The translations under genes and the position numbers were made by a program. From Gammaproteobacteria bacterium (lineage in GTDB: Bacteria > Pseudomonadota > Gammaproteobacteria > Ga0077536), in NCBI GenBank assembly GCA_963662545.2, contig CAXXLL010000002.1, positions 2,112,001 to 2,176,000 on the forward strand: 64,000 nucleotides of DNA. Direction: 5' to 3'. This document shows, in pieces, positions 38,170-49,368 of the stretch (the stretch's first letter is position 1; each line of letters opens with the position of its first letter). Below the pieces are notes generated by a model that saw only the letters and a program-made list of their open reading frames with translations, had not been told where the DNA came from and did no database searches.

Positions 38170-39057
38170 ATGGCTCAGCGTTGCGGATTCGTTGCGATCG
38201 TCGGCCGACCCAACGTCGGGAAATCAACCCTGCTGAATCGCATTCTCGGCCAGAAGATCAGCATTACCTCGCGCAAACCGCAAACTACCCGTTATCAGAT
38301 ACTCGGCATTGACACCGTCGATGAAACCCAGCTCATATTCGTCGACACACCGGGTTGGCAGCGGCAACCCAGGTTCGAGATCAACCGTCTGATGAACCGC
38401 CAGGTCCGCCAGGCACTGTTCAACGTGGACTGTACCGTTCAGGTCATCGACGCACGCGGATGGCACGCCGACGACGATTTGGTTTACGCCATGCTGAAGC
38501 AAGCCCAAGTGCCGGCGCTGCTCGCCATGAATAAGCATGATCTGGTTACATCGAAATCGGACCTCTTGCCCCAGATAGCGGCTTTGTCGAACAGCAAGGC
38601 GTTCGGAGCGTTTGTCCCGGTGTGCGCCAAGAATGGGAAAGGTCTGGAGGACCTGCGCCGCACCATCGTGGAAATTACGCCGATTCGCGAACATATCTTT
38701 CCCGCCGGCCAGCTTACCGACCGCTCCGAACGGTTCATGGCAGGTGAAATTGTCCGCGAAAAAAGCATGCGCTACCTTGGTGACGAATTACCCTACCGCA
38801 CAACGGTCATCATCGATGAATTTCGCGAGGCCGATGAGATCACGCACATATACGCGACCGTGTGGGTTGATCGGGACAGCCAGAAATCCATCGTCATAGG
38901 AAAAAACGGCGCATTGTTGAAGCGTATTTCGACCGATGCGCGGCACGATCTAGAGCGACTGCTGGGAAAAAAGGTCTACCTCAAAATTTGGGTAAAAACC
39001 AAGCGCGGCTGGATCGACAATCCGGAAGCGCTGCAATTGATCGGTTTGACGGATTGA
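38170..39057 (+). CDS. era: GTPase Era
   Basis: GRPNVGKSTL, KPQTTR, DTPG, VIGKNG KH domain. Confidence 0.97.
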   Translation: MAQRCGFVAIVGRPNVGKSTLLNRILGQKISITSRKPQTTRYQILGIDTVDETQLIFVDTPGWQRQPRFEINRLMNRQVRQALFNVDCTVQVIDARGWHADDDLVYAMLKQAQVPALLAMNKHDLVTSKSDLLPQIAALSNSKAFGAFVPVCAKNGKGLEDLRRTIVEITPIREHIFPAGQLTDRSERFMAGEIVREKSMRYLGDELPYRTTVIIDEFREADEITHIYATVWVDRDSQKSIVIGKNGALLKRISTDARHDLERLLGKKVYLKIWVKTKRGWIDNPEALQLIGLTD

Positions 39058-39129
39058 CGCCACGAGAACAGCGGGCAATCCACTTATTTCCTGCCCCCTA
39101 ATTTCGGATTTATGAGATAGTTTCCAATC

Positions 39130-39831
39130 TTGGACATCGCTTATGTATTACACCGGCGTCGGTATCGCGAATCGAGCCTGATCGTCGAATTGCTCACCTT
39201 CGAACGTGGTCGCGTCAGTGCCGTTGCGCGCGGCGCCTTGCGCAAGAAGTCCCGCCTCGGCGCAAGCTTGCAGCCACTGGTCCCCGTCAGGGTCGCATTC
39301 AGTGGACGCTCGGAATTGCTGACGCTCAAAACGGCAGAGGCGGGTGCCGCAGCTCCGTTGCTGGATGGCCCGAGTTCATATTCGCTGTTCTACATCAACG
39401 AATTAATCCTGCGCTTGACCGCGCCGCACGACACCAACGTGGCGTTATTCGAAGTCTATCGATCGGCCGCGGAGAGCCTGGCCAGGAGCGATGCGCTGGA
39501 ACCGCTGCTGCGGCGTTTCGAGAAGCGACTGCTCGATGCGGTCGGTCTCGGTCTCACGTTGGAAACAGAGGCCGATTCGGAAACGCCCGTCGAGAAGGAC
39601 CTCGAATACCGATACGTGCCGGAGCAGGGGCCGATGCGCACCACCGGCGAGCGCACCGCGCCGCGCGTTCACGGTGCAACGCTGCGGGCCCTGGCACAGG
39701 ACGTCGAGCTCTCTGGCCGCGGTCTTCGTGAAGCGAAACAACTGATGAGGTACGTGCTCAATCATCATCTAGAAGGCCGGGAGCTGTCGTCGAGAAAACT
39801 TTTCGAAGCGCACGCGAGCGGAAACTCGTAG
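39130..39831 (+). CDS. recO: DNA repair protein RecO
   Basis: [29 protein letters not shown]; synteny. Confidence 0.93.
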   Translation: MDIAYVLHRRRYRESSLIVELLTFERGRVSAVARGALRKKSRLGASLQPLVPVRVAFSGRSELLTLKTAEAGAAAPLLDGPSSYSLFYINELILRLTAPHDTNVALFEVYRSAAESLARSDALEPLLRRFEKRLLDAVGLGLTLETEADSETPVEKDLEYRYVPEQGPMRTTGERTAPRVHGATLRALAQDVELSGRGLREAKQLMRYVLNHHLEGRELSSRKLFEAHASGNS

Positions 39832-39887
39832 AATTCACCGTTTTTGCAGATCCGGCCAGCGCGCGAAGCGGTCGCCGAACTCGAGCC

Positions 39888-40625
39888 ATGGCACACGACA
39901 ACATCAGACTCGGCGTCAACATCGACCACGCCGCAACCATCAGGCAGGCCAGGGGCACGGCCTACCCGGACATTCTCGAGGCAGCCCGTGAAGCGGAGGC
40001 CGGGGGTGCTGACGGCATTACCATTCATCTGCGCGAAGACCGGCGGCATATTCAGGATGCGGACGTTCGCATGCTCAAGCCGGCGCTCTCCACGCGCATG
40101 AACCTGGAATTGGCGGCGACGGCTGAAATGGTCGATATTGCCTGCGAGTTCGCACCGGAGGCCTGCTGCATCGTCCCGGAAAAGCGCAATGAACTCACGA
40201 CAGAAGGAGGGCTGGATGCCACCGCGAACTACGATCGGCTGGCACCCGTGTGCGAAAAGCTCACGGACGCCGGCATCGAGGTGTCGCTTTTCATCGACCC
40301 CGAGTCGGCTCAGATCGAAAGCGCAATGCGTCTCAAGGTGCCGGTTATCGAAATACACACCGGGCGTTATGCCGAGGCTTCGACAAACGACGCCAGGAGA
40401 CGGGAATTGGACATCATCATCGAAGCGGTCGCGCAGGCGCGCACGGGTGGTTTGCGCGTAAACGCCGGGCACGGACTACATTACGAGAACGTCGGGGCAA
40501 TCGCCGCGATTGGCGAACTAAATGAGCTCAACATCGGACATTCCATCGTCTCTCGGGCCTTGTTCATCGGGCTGCGCCAGGCGGTGGCGGAGATGAAGCA
40601 GCTCATGCGGCAAGCGCGTTCATGA
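39888..40625 (+). CDS. pdxJ: pyridoxine 5'-phosphate synthase
   Basis: [30 protein letters not shown]. Confidence 0.97.
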   Translation: MAHDNIRLGVNIDHAATIRQARGTAYPDILEAAREAEAGGADGITIHLREDRRHIQDADVRMLKPALSTRMNLELAATAEMVDIACEFAPEACCIVPEKRNELTTEGGLDATANYDRLAPVCEKLTDAGIEVSLFIDPESAQIESAMRLKVPVIEIHTGRYAEASTNDARRRELDIIIEAVAQARTGGLRVNAGHGLHYENVGAIAAIGELNELNIGHSIVSRALFIGLRQAVAEMKQLMRQARS

Positions 40626-41002
40626 TCTTCGGGATCGGCATCGACATGGCCGATATCCAGCGATTTATCTCGGCCTACACCCGCTTCGGCGATCGATTTC
40701 CGGATCGGATCCTGAGCACCGCAGAAATGCTCGAATTCCCGCACGCACGCAATCCCGGGCGTTACCTCGCAATGCGGTTTGCAGCGAAAGAAGCCACGTC
40801 CAAAGCGCTGGGAACAGGATTCAAACAGGGGGTGGCGCCGCGGCAAATCAGCGTCGTACACGCGCCCAGTGGGAAACCGAGTCTCGAAGTTACCGGACAC
40901 ACGGCGGTGCTTTTCGCTGACCACGGCATTTGCTCGAGCCATCTGAGCCTGTCCGACGAAGGTGGGTTCGCCGTCGCCTTCGTCGTATTGGAGAAGCGGT
41001 GA
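40622..41002 (+). CDS. acpS: holo-ACP synthase
   Basis: [27 protein letters not shown]. Confidence 0.95.
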   Translation: MIFGIGIDMADIQRFISAYTRFGDRFPDRILSTAEMLEFPHARNPGRYLAMRFAAKEATSKALGTGFKQGVAPRQISVVHAPSGKPSLEVTGHTAVLFADHGICSSHLSLSDEGGFAVAFVVLEKR

Positions 41003-42588
41003 TGCTCGAAGAGCACCAAGAAATACATCGGCGCCGGACATTCGCCATCATTTCCCATCCGGATGCCGGCAAAACGACCGTGACGGAAAAGCTTCTGTTT
41101 TTGAGCGGCGCCATCAACGTCGCCGGAACAATCAAGGCACGCAAGAGTTCGAAGCACGCGACCTCAGACTGGATGGAGATCGAAAAGCAGCGAGGCATTT
41201 CGGTGACATCCTCGGTCATGCAATTCGACTACCACGATTGCGTCGTAAATCTCCTCGATACACCGGGTCACGATGATTTTTCCGAAGACACTTACCGCAC
41301 TCTGACCGCGGTGGATTCGGCCTTGATGGTGATTGATGGGGCGCGAGGCGTGGAAGAGCGCACGATAAAGTTGCTCGAAGTCTGCCGTTCTCGCAATACA
41401 CCCATAATTACTTTCATCAACAAGCTTGACCGGCACACCCGCGATCCGCTCGATCTGATCGACGAAATCGAAAACGTATTAAACATCCAATGCGCGCCGC
41501 TAACCTGGCCGCTTGGTTCGGGGCAACACTTCGAAGGAATTTATGACTTTCGAACGGAAAAGATAACGCCCTATTCGCGCAGTGGAGACGAAGTGGACCC
41601 TGATGCTACGGAACACATTCATATCGACGACGAAACAGTACCCGCCCGTTTCGGCACGGCGTACGACACGCTGATGGGGGAAATAGAACTCATTAAGGGC
41701 GCCGGCACGAGATTCGAGCAGGCTGATTACCTAAGCGGCAAATCAACCCCCGTCCTCTTCGGATCCGCGCTTCGTAATTTCGGCGTTCGCACACTTCTCG
41801 ATACATTTACCGAGATCGCGCCGCTGCCGTTGCCGCGCGCCACCAACGCCGCCGAGGTTCTGCCCACCGACGAGCAATTTTCGGGATTCGTCTTCAAGAT
41901 CCAGGCGAACATGGATCCGAAGCACCATGACCGTATTGCATTCCTGCGGGTGTGTTCCGGTAAGTACGAAGAAGGGAAACGGCTTTATAACGTACGACTC
42001 CAGCGGCACGTACAGATAGCCAACGCGATTCGATTCATGGCACAGGGACGCGCCATAACAGACAGCGCCTGGGCGGGCGACATCATCGGCTTTCACAACC
42101 ATGGCACGATTCAGATTGGAGATACATTTACTGAAGGGGACAATTTTTCCTTCACTGGGATTCCGAGTTTCGCACCCGAATTGTTCCGGCGGGTGCGTAC
42201 CGCTGATCCGCTCAAGAGTAAGGCCTTGATCAAAGGCCTCACGCAACTATGCGAAGAGGGCGCAGCGCAGGTGTTCAATTATGTGGCGCGTAACGACATC
42301 GTGCTCGGCGCGGTCGGCGTATTGCAATTTGACGTCGTCTCGTGGCGGTTAAAGCACGAATACGGTGTCGAATGCATTTTCGAGCCGGTACAAATTCAAA
42401 CGGCGCGGTGGTTTTCGTCCGACCAGGGTGCAGAGATCGAGAAATTCAAGGCGCACGCGCAACAGAACATCGCGCGTGACGGCGCCGGCCAGATGGCCTA
42501 CCTGGCGCCGAGCCTGATCAACCTCCAGCTGACCGAAGAACGTTGGTCTGCCATCGAATTTCGCGCCACTCGCGAAATGATCGGCTGA
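41002..42588 (+). CDS. prfC: peptide chain release factor 3
   Basis: [39 protein letters not shown]. Confidence 0.97.
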   Translation: MLEEHQEIHRRRTFAIISHPDAGKTTVTEKLLFLSGAINVAGTIKARKSSKHATSDWMEIEKQRGISVTSSVMQFDYHDCVVNLLDTPGHDDFSEDTYRTLTAVDSALMVIDGARGVEERTIKLLEVCRSRNTPIITFINKLDRHTRDPLDLIDEIENVLNIQCAPLTWPLGSGQHFEGIYDFRTEKITPYSRSGDEVDPDATEHIHIDDETVPARFGTAYDTLMGEIELIKGAGTRFEQADYLSGKSTPVLFGSALRNFGVRTLLDTFTEIAPLPLPRATNAAEVLPTDEQFSGFVFKIQANMDPKHHDRIAFLRVCSGKYEEGKRLYNVRLQRHVQIANAIRFMAQGRAITDSAWAGDIIGFHNHGTIQIGDTFTEGDNFSFTGIPSFAPELFRRVRTADPLKSKALIKGLTQLCEEGAAQVFNYVARNDIVLGAVGVLQFDVVSWRLKHEYGVECIFEPVQIQTARWFSSDQGAEIEKFKAHAQQNIARDGAGQMAYLAPSLINLQLTEERWSAIEFRATREMIG

Positions 42589-42607
42589 GTTTCAGAGCTC
42601 CAACTAC

Positions 42608-42643
42608 CTAGAACCCATCGCAAAATTTTGAGATGGGTTCTAA
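42608..42643. terminator. palindrome made of two family-E TIRs; probable bidirectional terminator between prfC and rne
   Basis: CTAG AACCCATCGCAAAA TTTTGAGATGGGTT CTAA. Confidence 0.55.
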
Positions 42644-42666
42644 TATTGTTGAAACACGAGGCCCGG

Positions 42667-45246
42667 TCAGGAGGCCCGTTCGGAATCGCTCTCGGTGTCG
42701 GTTGCTTTGGATCCTACCGTGTCCGGCGGAAGTTCCGCCTCATGCTCGACACTGTTAGCTGTGGCCGGTCTTCCAGCACCGTCCACCGCCGCGCTATCGG
42801 TGTCTTGGACAACGAGCTTCTGCAGTTCTTCGCGGAATTTCTCTGGATCTGGATGCAGCGGCGGCTTGACCACAGCAACGTCGTCAGAAATTGCCTTGGG
42901 ATTGCGCAAGGTTGGATCGTCGTCGGAGGATTGGCCATCCACCTTCGTCAGCGGCTTTGGATCTGCGGCGGCGGGGCTCAGTTCCGTCGCCTCTGACCGT
43001 TGCTCCAATTTCTCTTCCGCCGCTTCGCGTTCGGCAGTGACCGGTATCGGTTCGACTAGCGGGTTCTCCGCGACCGCCCGATTCACAGGCTGTGGATCTG
43101 CAGCCGAGGAACTCGGATCGACCGCCTCGGACGCCCGCTGCCCCAATTGATCATCCGCCCCTTCGCGTTTGGCGGCAACCGGCATCGGTTCAGCTACCGG
43201 GTTCTCTGCGACCGCCTGGCTGTCTGCTCGCATTGGCGCCTCGCTCACTGTTTGACTGTTCTGACCCCGTTTGTCGTTCGCTTGCTCCGCTTTAGCGCCG
43301 GTCGAACTGGAATCGCGCCGGTTATCGTCCGCGCCGCCGGACCGGCGTTGGTTGTTCTGGTCGCGTCCACGACGTGATCGCCCACCGCCTGAGCCGCGTT
43401 TGCGCTCCCCGCCGTCCCGGTTGGGCTGCGATCGGCGCTTATTTCCGTCACGGGAACGCCGGTTGCCCTCCGCGGGCCGACTTTCGGCTTCCGCACGGCG
43501 GCGCCTGCCACCGCGATCCTGGTTTGAACGTGCTCTCGATGTGGACTTTTCTTTACCGCGCACCGCATCTTTGCTGCCGAAGATCGCGCGCATGATTCGT
43601 GACAAAATACCGTTCGATTTCGAGCTCTTCTGCATCGGCTTAGGCGTACCGCGCACGATATCGCGTACCACCGCCTGTTCCGACTTTACGGTGTCATCGC
43701 GGGAGAAGTCGACCGATGGATTTTCAACCTCCGAGACCATTTCGTAGCTTTCACCGAGATCGAGCATCGGCAGATCCTGCGCGCGAATGCGCACGATTTC
43801 GAAGTGAGGAGTCTCTAGGTTCTGATTGGGGATCAGCAGGATCTCGACTTCGTGACGCTGCTCAATACCCGTGACGTCCTGCCGTTTTTCGTTGAGCAGA
43901 AAGGTCGCCACGTCGACAGGAACCTGGGCCGTGACCTTGGCCGTCGAATCCTTAATGGCTTCTTCTTCGATCATGCGGAGGACGCCGAGCGCGGTCGATT
44001 TTACACTGCGTATCGTGCCCAGCCCGTCGCAGCGCGGGCAGATATGGTGGCTGAAATCGGTCAGGGAGGGACGCAGACGCTGGCGCGACATCTCGAGCAG
44101 CCCGAAGCGGGAAATACGCCCGATCTGGACACGCGCCCGATCGATGCGAACCGCGTCACGCAGCTTGTTCTCGACGTCACGTTGGTTCTTGTTCGCCATC
44201 ATGTCGATGAAATCGATGACGATCAGACCGCCCAGGTCGCGCAGTCTGAGCTGGCGGCCGATTTCTTCCGCTGCTTCGAGATTGGTCTGGGTCGCCGTTT
44301 CCTCGATGTCGCCGCCCTTAGTCGCTTTCGACGAATTGATATCGATCGTAGTCAGCGCTTCGGTTGGCTCGATGACGATCGAGCCGCCGCCTGGCAAACG
44401 GATGGAACGGCTGAACGCCGATTCGATTTGCCCTTCGATCTGGTATCGATTGAACAGTGGCACGCTATCCTCGTAGAACTTGAGTTTGGGCAGGTTCTGA
44501 GGCATGACTTGCTGCATAAAGTCTTTCGCAAGATCGTACAGTTTGCGGTCGTCGACGAGGATTTCACTGATGTCGGTGCGCAGGTAATCCCGGATCGCGC
44601 GGATGATCAAGTTGCGATCCTGAAAGATTAAAAACGGCGCCTCACGTTCCTCGGCAGCCTCGGATATCGCCTTCCACAGCTGTAGCAAATAGTCGAGATC
44701 CCATTGCAATTCCTCGGTCGAATTGCCGACGCCGGCGGTCCGTAATATCAGCCCCATGTTGGAGGGAATTTCAAGGCCGGACATCGCTTCGCGTGCTTCG
44801 TCGCGATCACCACCCTCGATCTGGCGGGATACGCCACCGGCTCTCGGGTTGTTCGGCATCGCCACAAGATAGCGGCCGGCCAGGCTGACGAAGGTGGTCA
44901 AGGCCGCGCCTTTGTTGCCGCGCTCTTCTTTTTCGACCTGCACGATGAACTCCTGCCCCTCGTGCAGAACGTCCTTGATGTACGCGCGGCCGCCACCCTT
45001 ACCCTTGTCCTTGAACAGGGATCGGGAAACTTCCTTGAGTGGGAGAAAACCATGCCGATTCCCGCCGTAATCGACGAAAGCGGCTTCAAGACTGGGCTCG
45101 ATCCGAACGATTTTGCCCTTGTAGATGTTAGACTTTTTCTGTTCTCGCCCGGTTGCCTCTATGTCGAGGTCGTAGAGGAGTTGGCCATCGACTAAAGCAA
45201 CGCGTAGTTCTTCGGGCTGGGTCGCGTTGACCAGCATTCTTTTCAT
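42667..45246 (-). CDS. rne: ribonuclease E
   Basis: MKRMLVNATQPEELRVA, DINS, RLRDLGGLIVIDFIDM, CPRC, Arg-rich disordered C terminus. Confidence 0.97.
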   Translation of the reverse strand: MKRMLVNATQPEELRVALVDGQLLYDLDIEATGREQKKSNIYKGKIVRIEPSLEAAFVDYGGNRHGFLPLKEVSRSLFKDKGKGGGRAYIKDVLHEGQEFIVQVEKEERGNKGAALTTFVSLAGRYLVAMPNNPRAGGVSRQIEGGDRDEAREAMSGLEIPSNMGLILRTAGVGNSTEELQWDLDYLLQLWKAISEAAEEREAPFLIFQDRNLIIRAIRDYLRTDISEILVDDRKLYDLAKDFMQQVMPQNLPKLKFYEDSVPLFNRYQIEGQIESAFSRSIRLPGGGSIVIEPTEALTTIDINSSKATKGGDIEETATQTNLEAAEEIGRQLRLRDLGGLIVIDFIDMMANKNQRDVENKLRDAVRIDRARVQIGRISRFGLLEMSRQRLRPSLTDFSHHICPRCDGLGTIRSVKSTALGVLRMIEEEAIKDSTAKVTAQVPVDVATFLLNEKRQDVTGIEQRHEVEILLIPNQNLETPHFEIVRIRAQDLPMLDLGESYEMVSEVENPSVDFSRDDTVKSEQAVVRDIVRGTPKPMQKSSKSNGILSRIMRAIFGSKDAVRGKEKSTSRARSNQDRGGRRRRAEAESRPAEGNRRSRDGNKRRSQPNRDGGERKRGSGGGRSRRGRDQNNQRRSGGADDNRRDSSSTGAKAEQANDKRGQNSQTVSEAPMRADSQAVAENPVAEPMPVAAKREGADDQLGQRASEAVDPSSSAADPQPVNRAVAENPLVEPIPVTAEREAAEEKLEQRSEATELSPAAADPKPLTKVDGQSSDDDPTLRNPKAISDDVAVVKPPLHPDPEKFREELQKLVVQDTDSAAVDGAGRPATANSVEHEAELPPDTVGSKATDTESDSERAS

Positions 45247-45710
45247 CGTTTAAAACCTTATCTTCGGAATCCCTGGCAGGGCGATCGGCGAAATCATTCG
45301 AAGCGATGCCGGCACCGGGATGCACGGCTCTCGCCACTGCCTGGGGACCCCTTGCGTTTACCGCCTTAACGGCGGGAAACGGCGTATTTTCATAATGCGC
45401 GCGGCGCTTTTGCCACGGCTACCATTTATCGTGCTGCGCCGAGCCGGGAATCAACCCGCTCGATCCGTATTCCGCTCGCTCGAATCGCGGGCGGTACAGG
45501 CCGTCCCCATACCAGCGCCCTTGAGCACGCTCAGTGATCTACAGTTGGCGTTGGGCAGGTTTGCTAAACTACTTGCCGAATCAGCCGTAACCTCCCATCG
45601 GTCTGGGACATTTCCGCGCCCGTCCCCGCGGCAGATACCGCGTGAAACGCCACGTGTGATAGTAGCAACCTTGAGCCACTGCAGCAATCCGGACCGGCCC
45701 GCTGAATGAC

Positions 45711-46652
45711 ATGACCCCACGACGCACCAATGTTGAAATGGATACCGTGTCGCACGAACATGTCGGACGGCGCATCGACAATTACCTCGCATCCAGACTC
45801 CGGCACGCGCCCAAGAGTCTTATCTATAAGTTGCTCCGCAGCGGCCAGGTCCGAGTCAACGGTGGCCGCGTAAAGCCCCACTACCGCCTTGCTGCGAGCG
45901 ACGAAATCCGCATCCCCCCGGTCAACGCCGCACACCCGCGCGAGACCTCGCCGCCACGCTCCCGCCTCGACGAAATGGAACGCGCAATCCTCTACGAAGA
46001 CGAGCATTTTCTGATCGTGGACAAGCCCGCCGGACTGGCCTCCCACGCCGGCACCGGCTTGAGTTACGGTGTGATCGATCTCGCCCGGGAGTTGCGGCCC
46101 AACGCCCCGAGGATCGATCTGGCCCACCGACTTGATCGCGACACATCGGGTTGCCTCGTATTGAGCAAGCACCTGGAAGCCTTACGCGAATTCCACGATG
46201 CCCTGCGCACACGCACTACGGTAAAGCAGTACCGTGCGCTGCTTCAGGGGCGGCTGCCCGGCGACTTGCACGTCATCGACGCGGCTCTGGCTCGCACGCG
46301 GGGAGAGGGCGGTGAGCAGCACGCGGAAGTGTCAGACAAGGGCAAAGCCGCCTGCACCCTTATCGAAGCATGTTCCCCGGTCGGACCGCACTCACTGGTC
46401 GAATTGCGGCTGGTGACCGGGCGCATGCACCAGATCCGTTCGCATGCTGAATATATCGGTCACCCGGTCGCCGGGGATCGTCGTTACGGCACGGAGTATT
46501 TCAACGATGAAATGAGAAAACTCGGTTTGAATCGGCTTTTTCTTCACGCTGCCCATCTCGAATTCACGGCGTTCAATTCACGCTTTGCGATCGATGCACC
46601 GATGCCCGAAGCGTTGACTTCAGTACTGCGAACGCTGGGTGGAAAAACGTGA
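45711..46652 (+). CDS. rluC: 23S rRNA pseudouridine synthase C
   Basis: S4 domain, HRLDRDTSG, TGRMHQIRSH, LFLHA; divergent from rne. Confidence 0.93.
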   Translation: MTPRRTNVEMDTVSHEHVGRRIDNYLASRLRHAPKSLIYKLLRSGQVRVNGGRVKPHYRLAASDEIRIPPVNAAHPRETSPPRSRLDEMERAILYEDEHFLIVDKPAGLASHAGTGLSYGVIDLARELRPNAPRIDLAHRLDRDTSGCLVLSKHLEALREFHDALRTRTTVKQYRALLQGRLPGDLHVIDAALARTRGEGGEQHAEVSDKGKAACTLIEACSPVGPHSLVELRLVTGRMHQIRSHAEYIGHPVAGDRRYGTEYFNDEMRKLGLNRLFLHAAHLEFTAFNSRFAIDAPMPEALTSVLRTLGGKT

Positions 46653-46894
46653 TTGAACTCGTCGTGATTGACCGGGACGGTACGCTGGTGGATTCCGAAG
46701 GGCGCATCGTCCGACCGATGACCGCGCCGTTTGCGGAGCAGGCGAACGAAACCGGCGTCATTCCATCGCCCGCCATCATAGTTGGCGACACCGAATTCGA
46801 CCTTGAAATGGCTGCGGCCGCCTCGATCCTAGGGGCCGCGGTAACCTACGGCGCACACTCAAAATCGCGTTTGCTAGACTTAGGGAGCCTCTGA
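46649..46894 (+). pseudogene. HAD-family (Gph-like) phosphatase remnant with an internal deletion and a MITE-derived stop
   Basis: Motif I (D.DGTLVDS) joined almost directly to motif IV (VGDTEFDLEMA); only 81 aa; stop lies inside the MITE A TIR. Confidence 0.78.
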
Positions 46895-47045
46895 ATGAGT
46901 TATGGTGCGAATGAATTGTGTATGAAATCATGCAGATCAAGGCACGAATTGCAGGCCATAGCGGGGACTATTGGCAAGTTTCGTAACGTAAGGCTCCGCG
47001 ATTTCAGGCGCACGGTAGGTGTGCCATAACTTATTCAGAAGTTGC
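46884..47045. mobile_element. 162-bp MITE family A, copy 3
   Basis: Degenerate TIRs; flanks TTAG / TTAA. Confidence 0.88.
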
Positions 47046-47142
47046 TTAAACCCGGCGGTCGTCGTCGTTACACTGCGCGAACTGCCAGGCGAGATAAAAC
47101 GTCTCGGTCCCACAGCGAAGCATTAGCAGGGAGATCATCAGT

Positions 47143-48132
47143 ATGGGTTGGGAGAATTCCGATTCAGAAGACCTCATGCGGGAACAATCACCTCAATCGT
47201 CCGGCAATCAGCCCGACTTCGAACGGCAACTGGTCGAACGGATGTCGTACGAATTTCTGCGGGAACAGCGCAGGAACCGCCGCTGGGGAATATTCTTCAA
47301 GTTTCTTGCGTTCGGCTACGTCTCAGTGCTGCTGATCCTGTCATTTCCTTCCGTTTGGAAACAGGGGCCGTTCAGCGCCGAGAAGGTGACGGCGCTGGTC
47401 GATATTCAGGGCATCATCGCCCACGGCAGTGACGCCAACGCAGACGCTATCGTCACGGGGCTGCGCGCCGCGTTCAAGCATGAAGCGACAGCCGGTGTCA
47501 TCCTGAGAATCAACAGTCCAGGCGGCAGTCCCGTACAAGCCGGCTATATCAACGACGAGATATTCAGACTGCGCGAAAAATATCCCGACATACCGATTTA
47601 TGCTGTTATCGAGGACATTTGCGCTTCCGGCGGCTACTACGTAGCAGCGGCAGCGGATAGGATTTACGCCGACAAGGCCAGTATCGTCGGCTCCATCGGC
47701 GTGCGCATGGATGGATTTGGTTTCGTCGATACGATAAACAAACTAGGGATCGAACGGCGCCTGATGACCGCAGGGGAGAACAAGGCGTTTCTTGATCCTT
47801 TCTCTCCGCTGCAGGAGAAACATCTTGAGCACGTGGAGAAACTGCTGGGGGAAGTCCACGAACAATTCATCAATACGGTACTTAAACGCCGCCGTGACAA
47901 GCTCGGGGACAATCCGGAGATCTTTTCCGGCTTGTTTTGGACCGGAGAACGGGGGCTCGAACTCGGCCTTGTGGATGAATTCGGATCCAGCGGTTACGTT
48001 GCCAGGGAAGTGATCGGAGCCGAGAAAATCGTGGACTTCACGCCTAAGGATTATTCGCTCGAACGGATCTTGAAGCGCGTTGGCGCAAGCATGGTAGCGG
48101 GCATCATCGGAACCAACGGTTTTTCCTGGTAA
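47143..48132 (+). CDS. S49-family peptidase (SppA-like)
   Basis: RINSPGGSPVQ, CASGGYY, SIVGSIGV. Confidence 0.93.
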   Translation: MGWENSDSEDLMREQSPQSSGNQPDFERQLVERMSYEFLREQRRNRRWGIFFKFLAFGYVSVLLILSFPSVWKQGPFSAEKVTALVDIQGIIAHGSDANADAIVTGLRAAFKHEATAGVILRINSPGGSPVQAGYINDEIFRLREKYPDIPIYAVIEDICASGGYYVAAAADRIYADKASIVGSIGVRMDGFGFVDTINKLGIERRLMTAGENKAFLDPFSPLQEKHLEHVEKLLGEVHEQFINTVLKRRRDKLGDNPEIFSGLFWTGERGLELGLVDEFGSSGYVAREVIGAEKIVDFTPKDYSLERILKRVGASMVAGIIGTNGFSW

Positions 48133-48179
48133 TAGAGGCGAGCGGCATTCAGGTAACCCCGCCCCACCGCCCGCGTTGG

Positions 48180-48250
48180 AATACGGCGCGCGGGATCGCC
48201 AGGACAGTGAGGAGGACGCCAGCACGAGGCGCGGTTCAGCGTTCGCATCC
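48180..48250 (-). pseudogene. possible maf/yceF N-terminal remnant
   Basis: Minus-strand frame reads EPRLVLASSS, like the Maf LILASxS start motif, at the syntenic position divergent from yceD; similarity stops right after. Confidence 0.45.
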
Positions 48251-48295
48251 GACCGACCGGATCGAAGGGAATGGGCACCTGAGACGATATTCCAG

Positions 48296-48559
48296 AGCTT
48301 ATCTCATCATTATCTGCGACCGGCTTGTGCCCTGAAAGCGTGGATGCGGGGCTAATTCCGCGGGGCTGGGTAAGACACTATTCAAGCGCTGTACGATAGC
48401 GAGCGCGTTTTCAGGGCCGAGCCCTTTGAGCCAGGTCGCTATTTTCGTGCATTCCAGGGTCGTCAGTCGCTCGTGTTGCACCAATAAACTACACTCCTCG
48501 CGCCTTTAATTGAGCAGCAATTGCCCCCGGCACACCTGCGGATAATTTTAAGATAGGTT
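48296..48559. mobile_element. 264-bp degenerate MITE family E
   Basis: TIRs AGCTTATCTCATCATTATCTGC / GCGGATAATTTTAAGATAGGTT; flanks CCAG / CTAG. Confidence 0.65.
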
Positions 48560-48597
48560 CTAGGCGCCTGATGTTTAGCCTATAATACCGCGCCCCA

Positions 48598-49095
48598 ATG
48601 GCAACCGAACTTCCCGACGAGGTCGACTGTCGTCAACTCGCAGATGAGGTCGGTTCGATTTCCGGCTCCATAGCGCCTGCTCGACTGACAAATGTCAGCG
48701 GGGTGTTTCGCCTCGCCGGGAGTGCGCGGGTGAGGCTCGATTTCCGCCGTAATGATGACCAGCAGGTCGCCATCGACGGAGAGATCGAGGCGCCGGTCGA
48801 AGCACAGTGTCAGCGGTGTCTGGAATGGATGTCGCTTGAACTGTGTATTACGGTCTGTGCGCTCGCGATGCCGTCGGCGGACGATGACTTTGCTTACGAG
48901 CAAAACCTTGTCGCCGCGCCGGAAGGCCGGCTCAAATTGGCGGACTTGGTCGAAGGTGAGATATTGCTTGCGTGTCCGATGATACCCGCTCACGGCGAGC
49001 GTTCCTGCGGTTCGCCGGCAGATTCGGGGCCGCGTCCCGATGAGCGGTACAAACCGTTCGCCGGGCTGGCCGATTTGATCAAAAAACAAGGTTGA
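48598..49095 (+). CDS. yceD: YceD/DUF177 protein
   Basis: CQRCLE, LVEGEILLACPM, PFAGLA; precedes rpmF. Confidence 0.88.
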   Translation: MATELPDEVDCRQLADEVGSISGSIAPARLTNVSGVFRLAGSARVRLDFRRNDDQQVAIDGEIEAPVEAQCQRCLEWMSLELCITVCALAMPSADDDFAYEQNLVAAPEGRLKLADLVEGEILLACPMIPAHGERSCGSPADSGPRPDERYKPFAGLADLIKKQG

Positions 49096-49140
49096 CGCGA
49101 TCGTCAACCGTAGAGGGGTATTTACCCCGGGATTGGAAAA

Positions 49141-49317
49141 ATGGCAGTACAAAAGAATAAGGTCACGCCGGCGAGACGCGGCATGCGGCGCTCTCACGAT
49201 GCGCTCAGCAAAACGGCGCTATCGGAGGATCCGACCACCGGCGAAATACATCAACGTCATCATGTAAGCGCGGACGGTTACTACCGCGGCAAAAAAGTTC
49301 TTCCCGACGCAGAATAA
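49141..49317 (+). CDS. rpmF: 50S ribosomal protein L32 (58 aa; absent from the ORF track)
   Basis: [22 protein letters not shown]...[22 protein letters not shown]. Confidence 0.96.
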   Translation: MAVQKNKVTPARRGMRRSHDALSKTALSEDPTTGEIHQRHHVSADGYYRGKKVLPDAE

Positions 49318-49368
49318 ATTCCCTCTTTCGACGCTCTCTGAACGGCGTCTCGCCGGACGACGACCCGC

